From Candidatus Eiseniibacteriota bacterium (GTDB lineage: Bacteria; Eisenbacteria; RBG-16-71-46; CAVPCR01): a stretch of 64,000 bases of DNA. Where the stretch lies: assembly GCA_963823555.1 (NCBI GenBank), contig CAWGMA010000002.1:512001-576000 (forward strand). Reading direction: 5' to 3'. The translations under genes and the position numbers were made by a program. Below the pieces are notes generated by a model, which saw only the letters and a list, made by a program, of their open reading frames with translations, had not been told where the DNA came from and did not search any database. Shown piece after piece: positions 47,363 to 56,860 of this stretch. How positions within the stretch are numbered: position 1 is the first letter of the stretch; each line of letters begins with the position of its first letter.

Positions 47363-49189
47363 ATGAAACGGACCACCATCCTCGGCATCTCCGCCTTCTA
47401 TCACGACAGCGCCGCTTGCCTCCTGGCCGACGGCGAGATCGTCGCCGCCGCGCAGGAGGAGCGCTTCACCCGCAAGAAGGGTGACGCCGCGTTCCCCGAG
47501 CGGGCGGTCGAGTACTGTCTCAAGGAAGCCGGGATCCGCGCCTCCGATCTCACCCTTGTCGGCTTCTACGACAAGCCGCTCCTCAAGTTCGAGCGCATCC
47601 TCGAGACCTACGTCGGGGTTGCGCCCCGTGGCTTCTCCTCGTTCCTGCAGGCCGGTCCGCTATGGATCAAGGACAAGCTCTACATGGACCGGCAGATCCG
47701 CGAGGCGCTCGGGTACGAGGGTGACATCCTCTATGCCGAGCATCACGAATCGCATGCCGCGAGCGCGTTCTTCCCGTCTCCGTTCACCGAGGCCGCCATC
47801 CTCACCATGGATGGCGTCGGCGAGTGGGCGACGGCCTCGATCGGAGTGGGCCGCGATCGCGACATCGTGCTCCAGAGGGAGCTCCACTGGCCGGACTCGC
47901 TCGGTCTCCTGTACTCGGCCTTCACCTATTACACCGGATTCAAGGTCAATTCCGGCGAGTACAAGGTGATGGGGCTGGCGCCCTACGGGGAGCCGAAGTA
48001 CGTCGATACCATTCTCAGCGAGCTCATCGATCTGCACGAGGATGGGTCCTTCGTCCTGAACCAGAAGTACTTCAACTACCTGACCGGGCTCACCATGACC
48101 AATGGCGCCTTCGACGAGCTGTTCGGCGGGCCGCCGCGAGTGCCGGAGACGAAGCTCACCCAGCGGGAGATGGATCTCGCGCGCTCGGTCCAGGTCGTGT
48201 GCGAGGAGATCGTGATGCGGATGGCGCGCACCGCGCATCGCGAGACCGGGCTCGACAACCTGTGCATGGCGGGCGGGGTCGCCCTCAACTGTGTGGCCAA
48301 CGGCCGGCTTCTCCGCGAGGGACCGTTCAAGAGCATCTGGATCCAGCCGGCGGCGGGCGACGCGGGGGGCGCGCTCGGGATCGCCACCCTGATCTGGCAC
48401 CGTCACTGCGAGAAGCCGCGGGCGGTGACCCCGGGCCGCGACGGGATGAAGGGGGCCTATCTGGGGCCAGGGTTCGCCGACGCGGAGATCGAGAGCTTCC
48501 TGAAGACGGCGGGTGCTGCCTACACGCGCCTCGATCGTGAGACCCTGATCCAGCGCGCGGCAGCGCTCCTCGCCGAGGAGAAGATCATCGGCTGGTTCAA
48601 CGGGCGAATGGAGTTCGGTCCCCGGGCGCTCGGCTCGCGCAGCATCCTCGGCGACCCGCGAAGCCCGCGCATGCAGGCGCAGATGAACTTGAAGATCAAG
48701 TTCCGCGAGGGATTCCGCCCCTTCGCGCCGAGCGTGCTCCGCGAGCGTGTCGCCGACTACTTCGAGCTCGACGTCGATTCGCCCTACATGCTCCTTGTCG
48801 CCCCCGTGAAGAAGGAGCGCCAGATCCCGATGACCGACGCGCAGCACCGGCTCTGGGGCATCGACAAGCTGAACGTGCCGCGCTCCGACATCCCGGCGAT
48901 CACGCACGTCGACTACTCGGCGCGCGTCCAGACCGTGAGCCGCGACACCAATCCCGACTACTACGATCTCATCAAGGAGTTCGAGCGGCTCACGGGCTGT
49001 GGGCTCGTGGTGAACACGTCCTTCAACGTGCGCGGCGAGCCGATCGTCTGCACGCCGCTTGATGCGTATCGCTGCTTCATGCGGACCCACATCGACCATC
49101 TGGTCCTGGGGCCGTTCCTCCTCGACAAGAGCGAGCAGCCGGAGTGGAAGGAGACCGAGGATTGGAAGCACGAATTCGTGCTCGACTGA
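47363..49189 (+). CDS. O-carbamoyltransferase, CmcH/NodU (SxtI-like) family
   Basis: ILGISAFYHDSAA, QEERFTRKK, EHHESHAASAF, DGVGE, GEYKVMGLAPYG, GGVALNC, QPAAGDAG, EFGPRALG, FREGFRPFAP, NTSFNVRGEPIV. Confidence 0.95.
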   Translation: MKRTTILGISAFYHDSAACLLADGEIVAAAQEERFTRKKGDAAFPERAVEYCLKEAGIRASDLTLVGFYDKPLLKFERILETYVGVAPRGFSSFLQAGPLWIKDKLYMDRQIREALGYEGDILYAEHHESHAASAFFPSPFTEAAILTMDGVGEWATASIGVGRDRDIVLQRELHWPDSLGLLYSAFTYYTGFKVNSGEYKVMGLAPYGEPKYVDTILSELIDLHEDGSFVLNQKYFNYLTGLTMTNGAFDELFGGPPRVPETKLTQREMDLARSVQVVCEEIVMRMARTAHRETGLDNLCMAGGVALNCVANGRLLREGPFKSIWIQPAAGDAGGALGIATLIWHRHCEKPRAVTPGRDGMKGAYLGPGFADAEIESFLKTAGAAYTRLDRETLIQRAAALLAEEKIIGWFNGRMEFGPRALGSRSILGDPRSPRMQAQMNLKIKFREGFRPFAPSVLRERVADYFELDVDSPYMLLVAPVKKERQIPMTDAQHRLWGIDKLNVPRSDIPAITHVDYSARVQTVSRDTNPDYYDLIKEFERLTGCGLVVNTSFNVRGEPIVCTPLDAYRCFMRTHIDHLVLGPFLLDKSEQPEWKETEDWKHEFVLD

Positions 49190-49560
49190 CCCCCCGCGAG
49201 GGCCGTCGCTTCGGACTCACCGTCGGCGCGGCCTTCTGCGTGCTCGGCGCCCTCTCCTGGTGGCGGGGTCACGACCTGGCGCCGCAGATCTTCGCCGGGA
49301 TCGGGATCCTGCTCGCCCTCGCCGGCCTCGTCGCCCCCACCCGGCTCGGCCCGGTCCAGGCGGGGTGGATGGGGATGGCCAGGGCCATCTCCAAGGTCAC
49401 GACGCCCATCTTCATGGGCCTGGTATACTTCCTCGTGTTCGCGCCGGTCGGCCTCCTGGCCCGGGCGATTGGTCGCAACCCGCTCCAGCGCCCCGGACAG
49501 AAGGGGGTCTGGATCCCCCGCGATCCCTCCCGACACAGCGACCTGCACCGTCAGTTCTGA
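49162..49560 (+). CDS. SxtJ-family membrane protein
   Basis: RRFGLTVG, two TM helices, WMGMA...LVYFLVFAPVGLL, ends RQF; follows the carbamoyltransferase; start uncertain (TTG 49162 or GTG 49144). Confidence 0.8.
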   Translation: MEARIRARLTPREGRRFGLTVGAAFCVLGALSWWRGHDLAPQIFAGIGILLALAGLVAPTRLGPVQAGWMGMARAISKVTTPIFMGLVYFLVFAPVGLLARAIGRNPLQRPGQKGVWIPRDPSRHSDLHRQF

Positions 49561-49589
49561 GAACTCAGGAGTTCCGAGGACCGATCACA

Positions 49590-49748
49590 ATGGCCAAGAA
49601 CAGCGTCTTCAGTGAGTTGTGGGCCTTCATGCGCGTGCGCAAGAAGTGGTGGCTGATGCCCATCATCGTCATGATGTTCCTCTTCGGCTCGCTGCTCATC
49701 TTCGCCCAGGGATCCGCCCTGGCGCCGTTCATCTACACGCTGTTCTGA
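49590..49748 (+). CDS. DUF5989/SxtK-like small membrane protein (52 aa)
   Basis: ELWAFMRVRKKWWLMP...ALAPFIYTLF; GAGGA RBS. Confidence 0.88.
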   Translation: MAKNSVFSELWAFMRVRKKWWLMPIIVMMFLFGSLLIFAQGSALAPFIYTLF

Positions 49749-49793
49749 TCCGGGGCCGGCCTGGAAGCCGGCCTGTGCGAGGAGTGCCTGGGC

Positions 49794-50870
49794 ATGCCCC
49801 GTGCCGGGTCGCCGCTCCTCTTGGGTCTCGTCTTGCTGGCAGGCTCCGTCCTGTTCTTCTGCCTGTCCGCGGAGATGGCCTGTCGCGCCTTCTTCCCGGA
49901 TCACCGGCTCCGATATGTGACGGATCCGGAGCTCATGTTCGTGCTCGAGCCCAACCAGCAGGATGCCGACGTTGGGTGTCAGGTTCGGTCGATCCCCTAC
50001 GCCGGGTCGCACGTCCGCATCAACGAGCTCGGGCTTCGCGGTCCCGGTGTCGCCTCGCTGTCATCGCGACACGTGTTGTTCCTCGGTGATTCGTTCACCT
50101 TTGGATCCCTGATCGAGGAGGAGAGGACGTTCGTCGGGCGGGTGAGCGGATGTCTTCCTGAGGATATTTCCGCCATCAACGGCGGCCAGCCCGGTTTCGG
50201 CATCTACCAGATCGCCGGGTTCGGACGCCGGCTCGTGCCTTCCCTGCGCCCGGAAGTCGTCGTGCTGGTGATCTGGGAGGGTCTCCTGCAGCGCCAGCCG
50301 CTGCCCGCGGCCGAGCGGGCACATGTCCTGGCGAAGAGCGAGAAGTTGAAGCGCCTGAAGGCGACCTCGGTGCTGGGCATGCATCTCTATCGCGCCTGGG
50401 AGCGCGCGTCATGGCGTCTTGGGGTACGCGCCACCACCGTGACGCTCACCCAGAGCACCGAGCCTGTGCCTTCGGCGGATGGCTCGTTCAGTGCACTGTT
50501 CGCCGGCGACGGCAGGCGAATCGAGATGCTCGCCGGCGCGGTGGCCGATTCGGGCGGTCGGATGATGATCGTCCTGTGGCCGGAGTCCGAGTTCACCGGA
50601 CGGGACCGTCCTCCGACTTCGAGCGAGGTGGACGCCTGGCTCCGGGAGCTGGCTGAGCGGCTCGGCCTCGCCTACGTGAATCTGGGTCCGGCGCTCAGTG
50701 CCTATCCTCCCGGTCACCTCATCATCTCCGGGGACGGGCATCCCACGGCGCTAGCTCACTGCCTCGCGGCCGAGGTCATGCTCGACGAGCTCGGTCGGCT
50801 CGGCTGGTACGAGATTGCGGCGCTGGATTGCCAAAGCACGGTGATCGGCTCAGCGGAGCAGCACGAGTGA
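49794..50870 (+). CDS. SGNH/GDSL hydrolase-like membrane-anchored protein
   Basis: N-terminal TM, INELGLRG, FLGDSFTFG (block I), INGGQPG, DGHPT (block V). Confidence 0.85.
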   Translation: MPRAGSPLLLGLVLLAGSVLFFCLSAEMACRAFFPDHRLRYVTDPELMFVLEPNQQDADVGCQVRSIPYAGSHVRINELGLRGPGVASLSSRHVLFLGDSFTFGSLIEEERTFVGRVSGCLPEDISAINGGQPGFGIYQIAGFGRRLVPSLRPEVVVLVIWEGLLQRQPLPAAERAHVLAKSEKLKRLKATSVLGMHLYRAWERASWRLGVRATTVTLTQSTEPVPSADGSFSALFAGDGRRIEMLAGAVADSGGRMMIVLWPESEFTGRDRPPTSSEVDAWLRELAERLGLAYVNLGPALSAYPPGHLIISGDGHPTALAHCLAAEVMLDELGRLGWYEIAALDCQSTVIGSAEQHE

Positions 50871-50989
50871 GCGCGCCATGTCGACACGGACGACTTCCGG
50901 TTGACGCGCAACAGGAGCCATGACACCCTCGGTCGTGATTTCAGATTTCCATTGATCGCAACCACGCGTCATGCGAGAGGAGTACTTCA

Positions 50990-51514
50990 ATGCTGAACAA
51001 GCAGGCTTTGAACGGCATGTGGGATCTGATGCGGCAAAGGCACGGCATCACGTTGCGACTCATCGAGTCCCTGCCGGAAGCCAAGCTTCACGCTTATCCG
51101 ATACCTGGCATGCGGACGCCGGCCGAGCTCATCGTGCACATGTACAACGTCCTCATCGACGAGATCCCTCAAGGCATCGTCAATGGCGCGGTCAAGGCCG
51201 ACGAGTCCGCCGAGAAGTCGATGGCCGCGGGTCTCAAGACCAAGGCGGATGTGATGAAGTTCGTCGAGAAGAGCTGGAACTCGGGGAGCAAGGCCGTGGC
51301 GGCGATCACCGACCAGCACCTGTCGGCGACGGTCGCGACTCCCTGGAACATGTCGCTTCCCGGCTGGATGATGATGGGGATCAGTCACGACGAGTACCTG
51401 CACCATCGTGGTCAGCTCTACTGCTTCGCGCGCGTGTTCGGTGTCGAGCCGCCGATGATCTGGGACTTCGAGCATAACGCCGAGGCATTCCGGCCCAAGC
51501 AGGCGATGGCGTAG
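50990..51514 (+). CDS. DinB/YfiT-like metal-binding protein
   Basis: GAGGAG RBS; MRTPAELIVH, HDEYLHHRGQLYCFAR..G.EPP. Confidence 0.88.
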   Translation: MLNKQALNGMWDLMRQRHGITLRLIESLPEAKLHAYPIPGMRTPAELIVHMYNVLIDEIPQGIVNGAVKADESAEKSMAAGLKTKADVMKFVEKSWNSGSKAVAAITDQHLSATVATPWNMSLPGWMMMGISHDEYLHHRGQLYCFARVFGVEPPMIWDFEHNAEAFRPKQAMA

Positions 51515-51938
51515 CCGGCGCATCCGTTTGCCCGCCCTGGAATCGCGGTCGAACGGTGTGGCTGCCCGCTCCCTGCTTGTGAGCGGATTCCAGTTCATTT
51601 CATCGCGGCGTTGTGCTATGTTCCCGCGGTCCGCAGCGAAGCTCACCGCTTCCGCGGGCGACCGTCCCGGCCCGGAGGGCCGATGCCGCACCCTTCCACA
51701 CGGATGACTGGAGTTGCTGGTTGCCCCACGGCAATTCCTGCGGGCGCGCACCCAGCGCCGGATTTCGCCTTCTCTCATCGTGTGAAGATTCAACGCGTTG
51801 CACGAGGACAAGCCTCCTTCATCCACGCAACCCTGCAATGGATGTTGCAGCAATGTGTATGTGAGATTGGGAGAAAGCAATCGGTCGCCTTCCCTCCGGG
51901 CACGAGGGAACCCGGGGCATCGCAGGGAGAACACTCTC

Positions 51939-54335
51939 ATGAGACGGCTAGGTCGCATCTTACCGTCCGTTCTCGTTCTTGTCTCGTTCATGATCTTGTG
52001 GCTGCCGAGCCCGTCGCTGGCCTCGGTGTGCTCTCGCACCTACACGACTGATGCGGATTTCGACGAGGGGATCCTCGTCAACGTCAATCACGATCCGCCC
52101 AACAACGATCAGCTCCAGCTCAATGCGTTTCCCGAACCATTCCCCTTCATCTGGATCGCCAATTCGGCCCGCGGGACCGTGTGCCGCGTGGATACCGAAA
52201 CGGGCGCGATTCTGGGCGAGTACAGGTCGGCTCCCGAGGGTCGCGGTCTCAACCCCTCCCGGACCACGGTCGATTTCTTCGGGAACGTGTGGACCGGGAA
52301 CCGTGACGAGTCGGGAGGCGGCCAGGGGTCCGTGGTCAAGATCGGTCTCGTGATCGGCGGGACCCGCGGCATCAAGAACCCGGACGGGACCTTCACGCCG
52401 GACCCGAACGGCGAGTACCTGGCTCCGCCCTTCCTCTACAGCACGGCCGTCGATCGCGATAGCGACGGCTACATCAAGACATCCCGGGGGCTGGGCCACA
52501 TCCTGTCCTGGCCGGACATCACGGACGGTGTCGGTGGCCCGGTCGGGATCGTCGAGGATGCGGATGACGAGTGCATCCTCATCTTCCAGCGCACCACGGG
52601 GCCCAACGTGCGCCATGTCTCGGTGGACGGCAATAACGACGTATGGGTCGGTGGCTACCCGTTCACGCCCACGTTCTTCGATCAGCTGGACGGCGACACG
52701 GGTGCCATCCTCTCCACCTTCCCCTCGCCTGATTGCGGCGGCTACGGCGGGCTGATCGACGGCAACAACGTGCTGTGGTCGGCCACGATCAGTCAGAACG
52801 CGCTCCTCCGGCGCGATCTGACCACCTCGGTTTCGACCTGCATCCCGGTCAGTCAGTCGTATGGCCTCGGGATCGATACCAACGGGTACATCTGGAACGC
52901 GATGTGGAGCAACAACTCGATCGTCAAGATCGCTCCGGATGGCACGATCCAGCCTGGCTTCCCCAGGCCAACCGGCGGATCGAGCTCCCGCGGTGTGGCG
53001 GTGACGCCGGTCGACAACCATGTCTGGGTCGCCAACAGCGGTAGCAACACCGTGACGCGTCTCGACAACGGTGGCAATCTCCTGAACACCATCAACGTCG
53101 GGTTGCAGCCTACCGGGGTCGCCGTGGACGCCGACGGCAAGGTCTGGGTCACCAACCTCGATTCCAACAACGCCATGAGGATCGATCCTTCCGGTGGAGG
53201 TGGCCTGGGAGCGGTGGACCTCACCGTCGATCTCGGACCGGGAGCCGGCCCCTACAACTACAGCGACATGACCGGCGGCGTCCTCGTCGGGGTGGTGCTG
53301 TCGGGGTTGTGGGATGTCGTCTTCGACAGCGGAACCCCTGGCGAGGAGTGGGGGATCGCATCGTGGGCGAGCCTGGAGCCCCTGGGCACGGGCATCACCG
53401 TCGAGGTGCGGGCCGCCGATACCATTGCCGGTCTGCCCAGTCAGCCCTGGGTCTCGGTGATGAACGGCGTTCCGTTCGCCGGTGTCATGGGTCGCTACAT
53501 CGAGATCAGAACCGTGCTCAGCCATGAGCCCGGAATCCAGGACAGCCCGATCCTCTACGATCTCACCATCCAGTGCGCCAACCGGCCGCCGGACTGCACG
53601 ACGGCGATGGCGACTCCGGACGAGCTCTGGCCGCCACGGCACAAGTTCGTGAATGTCGAGATCGTGGGGGTCACCGATCCCGACGGGGACCCAGTGACCA
53701 TCGTGATCGACGATGTCACCCAGGACGAGCCGCTCGACGGTCAAGGTGACGGGAGCTTCTGCCCCGATGCGCGGATGATGGGTGATCAGCTCCAGATCCG
53801 CGCCGAGCGGATGGGACCCTCGTACCTCATGGTGCCCGGTGGATTGGGCGACGACGTGGCAGAGCAGTCCGTCGGTGGCCCCGGCAACGGCCGCGTCTAC
53901 GTGATCCACTTCACGGCATCGGATGATCGAGGTGGCTCCTGCACGGGCACGGCCACGGTCTGCGTGCCGCACGACATGAGACCCGGCCACGTGTGCATCG
54001 ACGACGGCCAGATCGTGAGCTCGTTCGGTCCGTGCGATCCTTCCATCCTGCCACCAGGCGAGGGCGTCGGGAAGGAGATCACCTCGGTCGAGATGGGCCG
54101 GCCCGAGGTCACGCGTGAGCTCGCGGTGATCAGCTACACACTGCCGAGCGGTGGTGCGGTCAACCTGGCCGTGTACGACGTGGCCGGTCGCCATGTCGCC
54201 ACGCTCGAGAACGCGTTCCGCGAGCGCGGCGGGCACAGCGTCACCTGGAACATGGGTGCCGTGGCGCGCGGCGTCTACTACGCCCGGATCCAGGCCAACG
54301 GCGTGACGCTGACCCGGCCGATCGTCGTGAGATAG
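51939..54335 (+). CDS. Secreted NHL/Vgb-like beta-propeller protein + Ig-like 'LWPP.HK' domain + T9SS-like CTD
   Basis: AGGGAG RBS, signal peptide; NPSRTTVD, GVAV....VWVAN repeats, PYNYSDMTG; LWPPRHK...RAER...GNGRVY; VYDVAGRHVATL...GVYYARI. Confidence 0.85.
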   Translation: MRRLGRILPSVLVLVSFMILWLPSPSLASVCSRTYTTDADFDEGILVNVNHDPPNNDQLQLNAFPEPFPFIWIANSARGTVCRVDTETGAILGEYRSAPEGRGLNPSRTTVDFFGNVWTGNRDESGGGQGSVVKIGLVIGGTRGIKNPDGTFTPDPNGEYLAPPFLYSTAVDRDSDGYIKTSRGLGHILSWPDITDGVGGPVGIVEDADDECILIFQRTTGPNVRHVSVDGNNDVWVGGYPFTPTFFDQLDGDTGAILSTFPSPDCGGYGGLIDGNNVLWSATISQNALLRRDLTTSVSTCIPVSQSYGLGIDTNGYIWNAMWSNNSIVKIAPDGTIQPGFPRPTGGSSSRGVAVTPVDNHVWVANSGSNTVTRLDNGGNLLNTINVGLQPTGVAVDADGKVWVTNLDSNNAMRIDPSGGGGLGAVDLTVDLGPGAGPYNYSDMTGGVLVGVVLSGLWDVVFDSGTPGEEWGIASWASLEPLGTGITVEVRAADTIAGLPSQPWVSVMNGVPFAGVMGRYIEIRTVLSHEPGIQDSPILYDLTIQCANRPPDCTTAMATPDELWPPRHKFVNVEIVGVTDPDGDPVTIVIDDVTQDEPLDGQGDGSFCPDARMMGDQLQIRAERMGPSYLMVPGGLGDDVAEQSVGGPGNGRVYVIHFTASDDRGGSCTGTATVCVPHDMRPGHVCIDDGQIVSSFGPCDPSILPPGEGVGKEITSVEMGRPEVTRELAVISYTLPSGGAVNLAVYDVAGRHVATLENAFRERGGHSVTWNMGAVARGVYYARIQANGVTLTRPIVVR

Positions 54336-54363
54336 GAAAGACCTGGTCCCGGAGGGGAGCCGT

Positions 54364-54404
54364 GGAGCCTGCCCTGCCGAGGTGGGGCAGGCTCCGCTTC
54401 TTCT
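54364..54404. terminator. Stem-loop, probable intrinsic terminator between convergent genes
   Basis: GGAGCCTGCCC (54364-54374) pairs with GGGCAGGCTCC (54385-54395), followed by GCTTCTTCT. Confidence 0.65.
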
Positions 54405-54462
54405 GGGAGGAGAGCGATCCCGTGGGGAAGCTCGTCACGGCAAGTTCAGGCCGTCACTGTTC

Positions 54463-55716
54463 CTATTTCATCAGTAGTACCCGAACCGACCCCTCAGCCG
54501 TGAAGGGCGCGAGCCTGAGGAAGTAGACGCCGGAGGCGAGTTCGGTTCCCGCCGTGAGATCACTCCAGGCAATTTGCTGTCCGCCGGGGCCTGGGCTCAT
54601 GAGTTCGCGTTCGAGGACGAGCCTGCCCGCGAGGTTGTAGAGCTGCGCCATGCGCGGACCCGCACCCGTGTCATCCCAGGAAACGAACCCCTGCCCGGAG
54701 AGCGGATTGGGAAGGACGCGAACCACGGGACGTGCCGCGGGGGCATCCGCCTCCGCAACGGCAGTCGCCCCACATCCCACCGGCAGGGCGCCGATGAGGC
54801 CGCATTCTCCCGGGGCATGCTCTGGCGCGCAGGGCGAGTTGGCATCGATGGTGTAGTTGTGGTCGGCCGGCAGGCAGAAGAGCGGGTCGGCCGAGAAGTT
54901 GCCGTTGACTCCGGACTGGCCGGCAAGGCATCCCACCCAGTCGCCGCCCGTGTTGCCGAAGACGTCGCAGCAGGAGAGAACGGGGAAGGCGCCGCCGGCA
55001 CATTCGACGACGCTTGCGAGCATCGAGAAGGCGATGATCGTGTTGTCAAAGGTGATCGTGCCGGGGTCGCGCATGTGAACCGCGGCTCCCGATGTCTGTG
55101 CCGAGTTGCCACTGAAGGTGCACCCGATGAAGTGCGACCCGGAGGTAACGGCGCCGCCGCCGCCGACAGGCCTCCTCCACGCGTGCGGCGCGCGCGGTCG
55201 AAATGCCCGGGATCCCGGTCTCGGCCCCGAGACCGAGTTCTTGACGAAGAGGCAATCGACGGCGAACGCGACCTCGGAGTAGAGCCCGCCTCCTGCTGCT
55301 GTATTACCTTCTGGATTACCCAGACTCTCCGCTGAGTTGCCCTCGAACCGGCATTCGTTGATGAGGGCGGATTCGCAGTAGAGCCCTCCGCCGTAGGCAT
55401 CATTGCCCCAGTAGGAGTCCGGCCCCGAGATGCTCCTGGCCTCGTTGTTGCTGAAGAGACAGGAATTGAGCAAGGCGCTGTCTCCCAGTGCGGCTCCGCC
55501 CCCGCGTGATACGTTGTAAGAGTTGTCGTTGCTGGCCAGCGCGAGATTGCCGACGAAGTCGCAGCGAGTCAGCCGTACGGTCCCAGATGCGTACAAGCCA
55601 CCCCCGTCGGCCAGCGAGAACTGGTCATCGCCGTAACTCTGAACTCTGTTGTTGCGAATGACGCAGTCAGTCATTGCGAGGGAACCGCTTGACGCACACG
55701 CCGCCACCGACTCCAA
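54463..55716 (-). CDS. Beta-helix protein, C-terminal part with CTD (frameshift near 55695 from upstream part)
   Basis: GGGLY repeats, SADPLFC, CGLIGALPVGC, LPNP...LYNLAGRLV...LASGVYFL; close paralog of 44274-46202. Confidence 0.8.
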   Translation of the reverse strand: MESVAACASSGSLAMTDCVIRNNRVQSYGDDQFSLADGGGLYASGTVRLTRCDFVGNLALASNDNSYNVSRGGGAALGDSALLNSCLFSNNEARSISGPDSYWGNDAYGGGLYCESALINECRFEGNSAESLGNPEGNTAAGGGLYSEVAFAVDCLFVKNSVSGPRPGSRAFRPRAPHAWRRPVGGGGAVTSGSHFIGCTFSGNSAQTSGAAVHMRDPGTITFDNTIIAFSMLASVVECAGGAFPVLSCCDVFGNTGGDWVGCLAGQSGVNGNFSADPLFCLPADHNYTIDANSPCAPEHAPGECGLIGALPVGCGATAVAEADAPAARPVVRVLPNPLSGQGFVSWDDTGAGPRMAQLYNLAGRLVLERELMSPGPGGQQIAWSDLTAGTELASGVYFLRLAPFTAEGSVRVLLMK

Positions 55717-56860
55717 AGTCTATCCACCCGGAGAGGTTGTCCTCGATCAAGCACCCGGTGATCTCCGCAGTGCTGTCGATGATGATGATGCCGCCGCCGT
55801 TGTGCTCGGCACGATTTCCGCTGACCACGCAGTCCACGATTCGGGGCGTCCCGCCCTCGAGCGCGATCGCTCCGCCACCGAAGGCGGTGTTCTCCGTCAA
55901 GATGCACTTCTGTATGGTCGGCGATGCACCCATGCAGGAGATCGCGCCGCCTTCATTGAGAGGCCACTCGAAGCCCTGACCGCCTCTCATCGTGAAGCCA
56001 TCGATGATTGCGGCGTTGGTCTCTCCCGAATGCAGGTAGATGGCACGACCATCTCCCTGGCAGTCGATGATTGTTGCCTCGGGTCCGCTCTCCGATAGGA
56101 GGACTATGTTCCGGCCGTAGAAGTCGAGGTTCTTGTTGCCGGTACCCGCATAGGTGCCAGGTGCTACGAGGACCGTATCACCGCTCCCGGCGATGTTGAT
56201 GCCCAGCTGCAGGGTCGGTTGCTCTGAGGGAACGCGGACGGTGATGCCGCGGCGCTTCAGGCCAAGGCTGAAATCTCCGCCAGCCGCGGCCGCGACGAAG
56301 TCGGCATTTGGATCGGGCACGTTGCACTGGCCGCTGTAGTTGCTGCCCCAGGCGACGATGCGACCATCGGACTTGAGGCCGAGGCTGTGACCCTCGCCGG
56401 CGGCTATCGCAACGAATCCGGCGTTCGGTGATGGGGGATCGCATGAACCGGAGAAACAGCCGCCCCAGCCGATGATGCTACCGTCAGCCTTCAAACCCAG
56501 GCCGTGGTAGTAGCCTGCGGCAATCGCAACGAAACCTCCATTCGGTGTGGGGACCTCCATCTGATTGTAATCGTTGTTCCCCCAGGCGATGATCCGCCCA
56601 TCCGTCTTGAGGCCGAGGCTGAATGACTCGCAAGCAGCAACGGCGACGAAATCGGTGTTTGGCGAGGGAATGTCCCGCTGCCCCCAGATGTTGTCTCCCC
56701 AGGCGACGATCTGGCCATCGGACTTGAGACCGAGGCAGTGCTTCTCCCCGGCGGCGATGGCGATGAAGTCGGCGTTGGGCGGGGGAATGTCGCAGACCCC
56801 GAAGCTACAGGACCCCCAGACGACGACCGTGCCGTGGAGGCCCGCCAGAGGCAAGAACAA
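55667..56860 (-). CDS. RCC1-like repeats (5 x 39 aa) + beta-helix N-terminal part; 5' end unclear
   Basis: Repeats 'IVAWG.N..GQ..VP.PN..FVAIAAG..HSLGLKSDG', then VRVPSEQPTLQ...GDTVLVAPGTY...GPEATIIDC; no signal peptide or clear start. Confidence 0.75.
   Translation of the reverse strand: MFLPLAGLHGTVVVWGSCSFGVCDIPPPNADFIAIAAGEKHCLGLKSDGQIVAWGDNIWGQRDIPSPNTDFVAVAACESFSLGLKTDGRIIAWGNNDYNQMEVPTPNGGFVAIAAGYYHGLGLKADGSIIGWGGCFSGSCDPPSPNAGFVAIAAGEGHSLGLKSDGRIVAWGSNYSGQCNVPDPNADFVAAAAGGDFSLGLKRRGITVRVPSEQPTLQLGINIAGSGDTVLVAPGTYAGTGNKNLDFYGRNIVLLSESGPEATIIDCQGDGRAIYLHSGETNAAIIDGFTMRGGQGFEWPLNEGGAISCMGASPTIQKCILTENTAFGGGAIALEGGTPRIVDCVVSGNRAEHNGGGIIIIDSTAEITGCLIEDNLSGWIDFGVGGGVCVKRFPRND

Noticed and set aside
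47363..50870. Saxitoxin biosynthesis
   Set aside because: Only the I/J/K/L-like module is present; no sxtA, sxtG or other core genes in the window.
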